A stretch of 51,294 nucleotides of DNA, from NCBI GenBank assembly GCA_002441245.1, contig DJVP01000011.1, positions 1-51,294 of the forward strand, read 5' to 3'. The notes under the pieces are model-generated. The model saw only the letters and a list, made by a program, of their open reading frames with translations. It made no database searches and was not told where the DNA came from. This stretch comes from Candidatus Omnitrophica bacterium UBA6253 (lineage in GTDB: Bacteria > Omnitrophota > Gorgyraeia > Gygaellales > Profunditerraquicolaceae). The translations under genes were made by a program, and so were the position numbers. Shown here in pieces: positions 1 through 10,500 of this stretch. Numbering within the stretch: the stretch's first letter is position 1; every line of letters begins with the position of its first letter.

Positions 1-3000
1 AGGGTACAATTACCGGCGTTACAACAACAGCAGGTACATTAACTAGCGTATCCGGGACTCCGGTAAATTATGCCGCAGGAGCCACGACACAATACGTATT
101 TAATTTTATGCCTGCTAATGATGTTGCGGTAGGGGGGTATTTAAAGATAGAATTTAATTCTGAATACAGTTTAACTGGTGCCTATCTTATCAGCCCTTCA
201 GCTAAGTATAGTATATCCAGCAAGACAGGTAATATCATAATTCTTAATGTCCTTGAGCAGGCATTAGCTTCCAGTTCCCAGAGCATAAGTATTGGAGGTA
301 TAGTTAACCCCGGTCGGGAGAAGACGGGTATCAAATTTACATTAACTACGCTTACATCCGGCAGCGCAGTTATAGATACTGCCCAGTCAGCAGCTATAAA
401 TATAACCACAGGTTTATTAACTTCAGCTTCTGTCAATGCCAGTACTTATACAACTTATGATTTAGCCACATATACATTCAGCTTTACTACTGTTAATGCT
501 TTGGATGTAGGCGGGAAGGTAGAAATAACCTTTGATGCGGATTATGATGTGTCTGGGGCAGTGTTTACATACGGCAATGACGGTTCTGCGCTTTCGGTGT
601 CAGGCCGCGTGGTTACTATTACCTTGGGGACAGCAATACCCAAACAGGAAAGCGTAAGCCTGGCTATATCTGAAATCAGGAATCCAGGTGTTCAATCTAC
701 AGACAGCTATTCTATAGTGACTAAGGATTCTACGGATGTAAAGGTAGATACCGGAACAATCTCCGGCAAAGTAATCACTGGCGGTAGCATGAGCGCTACT
801 TCTGTGGTTGCCGGATCAACACAGCCAGCAGTAAGTACCAGCTATACGTTTGCTTTCACCCCTGACCATGTGATCCCCGCCAGTGGTTATGTTAAGATAG
901 TTTTCGATAGCGATTATGTTTTAGATTATACTTCTGTACAGACAGCAGGTTATGCCTCGAATGCAGGGCCTGGATACGTACTTTTAACTAACACAAGCGG
1001 AGATGATTTAAGCGGCGCGCGTACTATAGTGCTGCTTAATGTCAAGAATCCTTCGTCTGTTGAAGAGCCGACGGATAATTTTTATCTTACGACTATGACC
1101 CAGAATCAGGATACTATAGATACTAAGAGTATTACTGGTATTACCATGACGCCAAGCCCGATAACTGTTTCGTCTATTTCAACCGTTTCAACAGAGGTTT
1201 CCGCGCTTACTTCATATACCATAAGAATAACACCAATCCATACGATACCGATAGGCGGCAAGGTACTGATTACCTTTGATAGTGATTACAATTTAACCAA
1301 TATTGGCTCCGGGGATGTGTCAGGCAATAGCTCCACTGCCTCTGTAAGCGGCAGCACCTTGACGGTTACTTTAGGCGAAATAGCATCCCAGGGGAGCGTG
1401 CTTACTTTAATAGTCTCAAATGTACAAAATCCTTCATATGTGCAGACAACAGATGAATTTTCGGTAATAACTAAGGATGCCTCCGGAGGTAAATTAGACT
1501 CTGGAAATATAACCGGGGTTACGATGACCGAAGGCCAGTTGACTGGTTTATCGGCAACGCCTGCGGATACTACTTTGGATGCCACTACTAATTATCTGTT
1601 CCAGTTTACCCCTGAGCATACCATACCTTTAAATGGTTATGTAAAAATAAGCTTTGATGCTGATTTTAACCTAAGCGACGCCTATAGCGGTAACAGCAGC
1701 TATTCTGTTATCTCGATAGGTAGCGGTTATATTCTACTTAAAGCTTTAGCCGAGAAATCAACTGCGCAAAGTTTGCAGATTCTTAATATCAGGAACCCCT
1801 CATACGTACAAACAACAGACGTGTTCTCTATTACTACACAGAATACTAATCAGAAGAATATCGATACAGGAAACGCTGCTGGCATTACTACTACGGCAGG
1901 GCTATTGGCCGTTAACTCGGTCAGCCAGGTTTCTACGCAAGCCGGAGCCACTACAAGTTATACCTTTGTTTTTACTACTGTCCACGCTGTTGCCGCCGGC
2001 GGAAAAGTTGAAATAACCTTTGATTCAGATTACGTCCTGACTTCTGTAACCGCTTATAATGTATCCGGAATCGCCAATTCTACTGTAGCTGTAAGCGGGA
2101 ATAAATTAATCGTGACTACGGGGGCGGAAGTTTCCGCAGGGGCACAGGTATCATTAATTATTTCTAATATCAAGAACCCGGCGTATGTGCAGACAACAGG
2201 AGCCTTTATGATAGATACTAAGAATTCTTCAGGAGGCATATTGGATAGTGGCTCTATAGCCGGAATAAATATTACAGCAGGATCTTTATCGTCTGTTTCA
2301 GTTACGCCGGTTTCTACTGAAGTGGCTAAGAGTACGGATTATACATTTGCTTTTACCGCTGAACATAGCCTGCCTTCAGGAGGTTATGTGCAGATACAGT
2401 TTGATTCCGCTTATGATTTAACTACGGCCATAGTTTTAACATCGGGGTATTCGTTGATAACCAGGGGTAGCGATTATCTTAGGTTGCAATCTTCCGATGA
2501 GAATTCGGGTTCCGTCAGTATCGCGCTCAGAAATATAATTAACCCTCATTATGTAACAACAACTTCAGCCTTTACCATAATTACACAAACAACCGGTGGC
2601 GATACAATTGATATGGGTACATGCAACGGTGTTACAACTACAGCTGCATCTTTAATAAGCGCATCTGCAAGCGCTGCCTTAAGCGAGGTGAGTGCTCAAG
2701 GCGAATATACCTTTGTTATTACTCCTCAGCACGATATACCCGTAAATGGTAAAATCAGGATAACTTTTGATAGTGATTATAATGTTAGTGAAGTGGGGAC
2801 AGGAGATGCCGCCTGTAGCGGCGGCAGCGCAACAGTGCAGGTGAGCGCTAAGACCTTGATCCTAACGTTGGGTTATGAGTTAGCTGGCGGTACAGAAGAA
2901 GGTATAGTAATCTCCAAGATAAAAAATCCTTCTTTTGTGCAGACTACATCCAACTTTGCTATACAGACAAGAGATGACCAGGATAGGATAATTAACCAGG

Positions 3001-6000
3001 GTAGTGCTTCCGGCATTGCGATAACCGCTGGCACCATGACCGCAGTATCGGTAAGCGCCGATTCACTTGTAGCAGGATATACGACAAATTATACGTTTAA
3101 TTTTACTCCCAGCCATGCTGTTAATGCAGGAGGGTATGTTGTAATAGATTTTGATTCTGCTTACGATGCCTCTTCAGGTTATGTAGTCAGCCCGCTTAGT
3201 ACATTCAGTTTAGTATCCAGGTCAGCCAATAAGATAACCCTTAATACATTAGAGGTATTGCCAGCCGGTACAGCACAAACTGTGGTTATTGGTACTATTG
3301 TCAACCCCGGCTCTGTAAAACAAGTTACCTTTAATATTGCCACACAGAATTCTACTCAGAATACTGTAGATTCGGTTGTTTCTCCTGCCATAAGTACGCA
3401 GGCAGCTCCTATGGCGGCTATCTCCTTAACCGCGTCCAACTTAGTTGCTTTAGATACCAGCACATATACCTTTGGTTTTACTACCGTTAACTCAATAGAT
3501 GTTGGTGGTAAGATTGAAATTACATTTGATGCTGAATATGATTTGACCCAGGCTACATATACCTCAGGTTTGATAGGCGGTTCAACCTCGCTGGTTGCGA
3601 CAATGGCCTTAAGCGGCAGCAAGTTAATATTAACCACAAATACAGCAGTTGGCACGCAAAAGAGTGTTTCAGTAGTTCTCTCGAATATCAAGAATCCGGG
3701 TGTTCAAATAGTAGATAATTTTGCCATGCTTACCAAAGATTCAACGGGTAGAGAGCTCGATCAGGGTAGTGCATCGGGAGTTAGTATAATAGCCGGATCC
3801 CTGACCGGGCTATCAGTGGCCGCAGATTCAACAGAGATAAGCAAGAGCGCAACCTATAGTTTTAGTTTTACGGTAGCCCACAGTGTTCCGGTTGATGGCT
3901 ATGTAAAACTGTCATTTGACAATGAATATTCGTTTACTAATGCCAATGTCTTAAGCGCAGGTTACGTGATAGTGGATAGGCAGAGTACTTTTATCCTTCT
4001 TAAGAGAAGCGCTCAACTTATAGGGTCAAATACTCTACAGTTGAGTAATATAGTAAATCCGTCTTATGTCCAGACAACGGATCCCTTTGTTATTACGACC
4101 CAGCTTAGTGATAATAAAGTGATAGATACCGGAACCACGCAAAGTGTCAGTATTACTCCCGGTATTTTGACGCAGACATCCGCAGTTGCAGTTAACCCGC
4201 TGATAAGCGCAACCAGTGTTTACAATTTTAGCTTTGTAACATCGCATGCTATAGAAACAGGCGGCAAGGTGGTAATTACTCTTGACGATGATTACGATCT
4301 AAGCCTGGTATCCGTAGGTTCCCAGGATGTCTCGGGTACCGGCACCCCTGCCATTGAATCAGTAGACGGGAAGAAAATAAATATACTTCTTTCTTCCGGA
4401 GTTGCGGCTGCTGCGACCGTTTCATTGAGTATCTCTGATATTAATAACCCGGCTTATGTACAGACAACATCTTCTTTCCTGTTGCAGACTAAGACTGCCT
4501 CAGGGGCAGTTAAGGATGAGGGGGCAGCTACGGGAATAACAACTACAGCCGGCGCATTAACCGGCATCACTATAGCGCCAGGCAGCTCAATAGCAGGTGC
4601 CAGGACAGATTATACTTTTACTTTTACGCCGGCCCATCAGGTAGGGCAATATGGTTATTTGAGGATTGATTTAAATTCGCAATATGATGCGAATATCGCT
4701 TATGTAATATCTCCGACTGCGACATTTGAAATATCCGAGAAGTCTGCTAACTATGTTGTGGTTAAGACATTGTCTGCTTTGGCAGCCGGTACGGCATATA
4801 CCCTTAGGCTGGGCAGTATTGATAACCCCGGCCGCTCAATGGATGTGACATTCACCTTGACTACCAAGACTTCATCCGGTTCTACAATAGATACAGGTAT
4901 TAGCTCAACCCTGCATATAACGCCTGCACCTATGCAGTCAGCTTCTATTTCGGCAAACAGCTTAGTTGCTACTCAGATAACTACCTATACCGTGAGTTTT
5001 GTCCCTATTAATGCGATAGAGGCAGGTGGCAGAGTTGAAATTACTTTTGATGCAGATTATGTCCTCACCGGAGTTAATAGCGTAACAGGTTATGATGCCA
5101 GTATAGCGGTAGCCGATAATGTTTTGATTATTACCTTGAATACTGGATTAGAAGCAGGCGCAGCCTGTTCTTTTACAATTCCAAACATTAAGAATCCGGG
5201 GGCGCAGACAACGGATGCCTATTCATTGGTTACTAAAGATTCCACGAGCACATCTTTGGATGAAGGCACGATCGCCGGGAAAGTTATTACTGCCGGTTCA
5301 TTAAGCAGTCTTTCTGTTTCTGCTATGTCGTATGAAGTAATGGGTACGAGTGAGAGTACCACCTATACTTTTAGTTTTACCTGCCAGAACGCCATCCCTG
5401 TTAATGGGTATATTAAAATAGGTTTTGACGCGGATTATTCCTTGGACAACGCGGTTAATCAGAGCGCGCAATATTTAATATCTTCTAAGGGGGCGGATTA
5501 CCTGTTAATTAAAACCACTCAGGAGCGTACGGGAGCCTGTACTATACAATTAAGCGGCATAAGGAATCCATCTTATGTGCAGACGACAAATAACTTTACA
5601 GTAGCCACGCAATTGCCCGCGCAGCAAAACATTGACGTTGGCACAATTGGCGGCATTACCACTACAGCAGGCTCATTGAGCGGGCTTTCAGTAACAACAA
5701 CTAATTCCAAGATAGCTGAGTCAGCTGTATATACCTTTAACTTTACGGCTGAGCATGCCATCGCGGTGGGCGGTAAAGTAGCCATATCTTTAGATTCTGA
5801 TTATAATCTTACATCGGTTAGTTCCACGGATGTATCCGGCAATACGGGTTCGACTGTTGCAGTAAGCGGGGCAGATCTGGTGATTACCTTGGGTGAACAG
5901 GTGTTTGCTTTGGATAGCGTGTCATTGACAGTATCTAATATAGTTAACCCCTCATACGTTAAGACTTCAGCTGATTTTATCTTTAAGACCAAAAATCCTG

Positions 6001-7565
6001 AAAATGGATTAATAGATGAAGGTGTTGCCTCCGGTGTAACTTTTGAACCGGGTATTTTAGAAGCTGTAAACGTCAGCGCAACCAACCTGCAGGTAAATTC
6101 ACAATCAACTTATACCTTTACCTTTACGCCTGCGCATGCTATACCCAGCGGCGGGTATATCAAGATAGACCTGGATAATGATTTTAACATAGACGGGGCT
6201 TACTTATACCTGGTATCCGGTTATTCCTTTGAGAAGAATCTGACTGATATTTATTTTACTCTGCAGCCAAACAGCGCCAAGCCGGCAGGTACGCCTTTAA
6301 CGATATCTATAGCAGGTATTATTAACCCTCCATATGGACAGATTACGGATGATTTTACAATTAACACGCAGGCGGTTAACCAGAGCGGTATTGATTCCGG
6401 GACGGTTTCCGGGGTTGAGATTACTGCAGGGCAGCTTTCAGGGGTTTCTGTGTCAGCAGCAGGAAATAATTATGTGGTTGGCGAGCAGACGAGTTACACT
6501 GTTTCCTTTACTACCGTAAATGCTATAGATGCTGGCGGTAAGGTTAAGATAACCTTTGATGCCGATTATGGTTTTGCCTTAGATGGCACTGTATCAGGAA
6601 ATTCTGGAGCAACAGTTGCAGTAAGCGGTAATATCGTTACTGTAACTTTAGGAGAGGCAGTTGCGGCCAATCAAGCCGTCAGCTTAACTATGGGGGTTTT
6701 AACTAATCCCGGATATGCGCAAACAACAGAAGAATTTTCCATAAAAACATATGATGCCGCGGATAATGCCTTGGATTCAGGTAAGGCTTCAGGCCGGGAT
6801 ATTACTATAGGAGCTTTGACCGGTTTAGCCGTGAGTTCCAGTTCATTGAGCGTGCTTAATGCAGATACAAAATTAACATTTAATTTTAACGCTGCTCATA
6901 CGATTCCGCGCGATGGTTTTATTAAGATTGCCCTGGATAGTGATTATAGTATAGTTTCGCCTTACATTAAGAGTTCTACCGGGGCCAACCTGACATTGCT
7001 TACGGCTGCGGGTAGCCAGGATGGCTATCTTTTGTTTAAATTAAATGCAGCAGCGACGGGGGCAATGAGCGTAGAGGTAGGAGGGCTTACTAATCCGCCT
7101 TATGAGCAAACTACATCGGATTTTGTAGTTACTACTATGTATACCGGCGAACAGAGTATAGATACCGGGACTATTTCAGGACTGGCTATTACTTCCGGCG
7201 CCTTGGTTATAAGTTCTGTGAGTTGTTTGGATAATTACGCCGGTGCTACTACTGAATATACCATCGACTTTACCGCAGTCCATAGTATTCCGGTTACAAG
7301 CAAGATTGAAATTGTTTTTGATAGTAACTACGGTTTGACTAATGCCAGCTTGAGCAGCCCGGCAGGGGGATTAACCATTTCGGCAAGTACGCTGAGCATA
7401 TCTTTAGATGCAGGAGCTGCTGTTTCTTCTAATGTAAGCCTGAAGATAGCCGGTATTTTGAATCCAGGCTATTCACAGACAACAGATAGCTTTAAAGTTA
7501 CGGTTAAAAATATCGATGGTAATATCGTAGATAAAGGCGAGCATGCAGGAATCGCTATATTGCCT
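1..7565 (+). repeat. In-frame tandem array of 20 beta-rich modules (121-130 aa each), alternating between two subtypes
   Basis: The conserved Asn-Pro codon pair of the motif I.NP.YVQTT.F falls at nt 306, 681, 1047, 1428, 1794, 2175, 2541, 2925, 3303, 3693, 4056, 4446, 4824, 5193, 5565, 5946, 6324, 6705, 7092 and 7461. All spacings are multiples of 3 (363-390 nt). Each module carries T.YTF.FT..H.IP.GG.V.I.FD.DY followed by ..NP.YVQTT. The copies are divergent at the nucleotide level. Confidence 0.85.
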
Positions 7566-10500
7566 ACCCAGATACAGTTTATAACTCCTGCGGCAGGGGA
7601 TGTTTATTCGGTTGGAGATAGCAGGAGCATTAAATGGCAGGTAACCGGTGGCAATATCTCTAGAACCAGCAGTCATTGGTTAGTGCAGTTTTCCACAGAT
7701 GCTAATTTTACTTCGCCTATAACTGTACATGAAGGATTGGCGAGCGTTGATGGAGATAACAACCTGTATTTCGTATTATCTGTGGATTCAAGTATGCTTT
7801 CAGAGGTTGTTTATTTGCGGGTATCCTGTATTGATAATTTATATACTGATGTTGCAGCAACCTCCGGGCAATTTAGCATAAGGCCTGTTGCTGCCTTTGT
7901 GGGTTTTGTTGCCCCGGCTTCAGCTGTTAAGTGGGCTATCGGCAGCAGTAATACAATAGAATGGTCCACGCAGGGGGCGATCAGTAATAATTTCAAGATT
8001 GAATATTTTGCCGGGAATACATGGACAACGATTTATGAAGAAGGTGTCAGCGGTTCAGCATCAGTTACTAAGGCAGCAGGCGCGCATTGGTACGAAGATG
8101 ATTGGTCTTATTCCTGGACTGTCCCGCAGGCGGCTAACCTGCCTGATTCCGGAGCAGTGATCAGGGTCACCAATTCAGATAACAGTATAGTTACCGGAGT
8201 CAGCGAGGAATTTGAAATAGCCACCGCTTATATTAAAATAACCAGCCCGACCGAGGGGATTACTTGGGTAAGGACTGAAACTAATAATATTACCTGGGAG
8301 GGCCAGGGTGAATCAGGTACGCGCTTTAGCATACAATATTCGGATACTGCCAATGCAATTACTACTGAGCTTTATAATGGTTCAATAGAAAGGACACTCT
8401 CTGAGGGGAAGTGGCTATATAGTTATCCATGGGTATTAAGCGCCGAACTTGAGCCGACTGATACAGCGGCAATAATAATAACTAATCTTGATGATAGCGG
8501 TATTGCCGATACGTCTGCCATATTTAGTGTTAATGCCAGTGGAAAGTTGGAGATAACTGCTCCTGTGGCAGGGGATAAATGGGTTATTGGCGCCAAATAC
8601 ACAATAAAATGGACTTCTGATGGACAGTCTCTTAGCTCCTCATCCATAAGGATTACTTATACGGCAGATGGTGTTGCAGAAACCCTGATTACTAATTCTA
8701 CTTCTAATACCGGAAGCAAAGATTTTACTTGTCCTTCCACCGCCTTAAGCAATGTAAAGGTGCATTTGTATCAAATAAACGGCGACGTAACGGCTGAATC
8801 AGGAGTTTTTAGTTTTGTGGCAGTTCCTTCGCTTCAGTTTGTATCTCCGGTTGCCAATGATAACTGGGTTGCCTCTTTCACTAAAGAAATAAAATGGAGC
8901 GGTGTCGGGGGCGGGCTAACGCAAATGCTGGTGATTAAATATTCAACTGACGGCGGTTCAACGTATCCTAATACAATCTTTAACTACACCACGGATTCTT
9001 ATGAGGAGAAGATTTCGTCTGTAGTTAGCGGTACCGTTACTAATTATACATTGGCCTGGCCGGTACCAATTAATTACAGTAATAACGTGAAGATAAAAAT
9101 CGAAGACATGGGGATAATGCGCCTGGTAAGCGGCTCTTATGTGCCTTTAAGCGTAGTAAGCGGAAAGTTCTCTATAACCGCGCCGTTTGCTACCATTGCC
9201 CAGCCAGCAGGTGGAGAAGGCTGGATAGCTGGTACGGAGCACGATATTATCTGGTCGGAGACAGGGTCTTTAGGTAAAGATATAAAGATAAGTTATTCGG
9301 TTGACGGCGGCTTGACCTATCCTTATGTAATCTTCCAGAATTCCACAGGAGACAGCGCTATATACGACAATTATATAATTCCTGTAAATAGTTCGCTGAG
9401 CTATAAATGGACAGTCCCCAATACTATTTCTACGCAATGCCGTATTAAGATAGAGGGCCTGACAAACAGCGGAAGTGGAACCTCTCTTGCTAATTTCTCG
9501 ATCAAGCTGCCTATTATAACAATAACCTCTCCTGTATCGACAGATTTATGGTCAATTTACGATACCGGCAAGCTGATCAGCTGGACTAATACCGGTAATG
9601 TCAGTGAACATTTAAAAATAGAGTATTTTAAGGATGCATCTACTTCTAAGGTAATATTGGCAGATGTCAACGGCACGGCGACATCTTATAGCTGGGATAT
9701 AACTGAGGATTATAAGAGCTACGTTTCGGATAGCGGCTGGATAAAGATCACTGACTTAAATGCCGAAACAACATTTGGCCAGCCCCTTACTGCGGTATCG
9801 GAGGCGTTTGTGCTATCCTTGCCTGGTTTTGAGATTAATGTACCGGCCAGCCCCTTAATTACCGGCAGTTCCTATAATATAACTTGGCAAGGCATTGGTA
9901 TGTATTCTGAATGCAGCACAGATCCGTCTAATACCATACGTTTAGAGTATGGCGTGGGAGATAATCCTACATGGATTACAATTTCAGCTTCTACCCAAAA
10001 TGACGGCTCATATGAAAATTGGGTAGTTCCTGATAAGCATTCCAGCGACGTTAAATTCAGGATTACCAATAATACATGGTCATTTATTACGGGGATTTCG
10101 GAACCATTCAAGATCATGGGTTCACTCTCCATTACCAGCCCCGCTGCCGGGACAAAACTTTTCGTAGGACAAGAGCAGATGATGGAGTGGAGCACTAATG
10201 GTACGATTAACAAGGTAAATTTGTATTATTCAAAGAATAACGGCTCTACCTGGAATGCCATAGCTACAGATACTACTAATAACGGGTATTATATGTGGAC
10301 GATTCCCGACGCAGTATTAGTTGACCGTTCTCCTAACAGCAGTGTTTATTTTAAGGTAGAGGATGCTACGGATTCGGCGGTGTATATCAATAGGCAATAT
10401 ACAATAAGTTATTATAAAGTTACCTGGAATGTTATTGATGCCGACGGCCTGGTAGGCGATTTGGATGGTTTAAGTGTCAATACATTAGATGTAACTAATA

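Noticed and set aside
108-110. Met-108 as the true start codon of the giant protein
   Set aside because: The frame is open back to nt 3, and the upstream residues continue the repeat consensus. The Met falls in the middle of a module (F-N-F-M-P-A-N-D), so the gene is truncated by the window edge.
1-10412. Whether the regular tandem repeats could be a CRISPR array or satellite DNA
   Set aside because: The period is 363-390 nt (and about 300-350 nt in the second array), always in frame. The copies are strongly diverged at the nucleotide level while conserved at the protein level. No short direct repeat/spacer structure is present.
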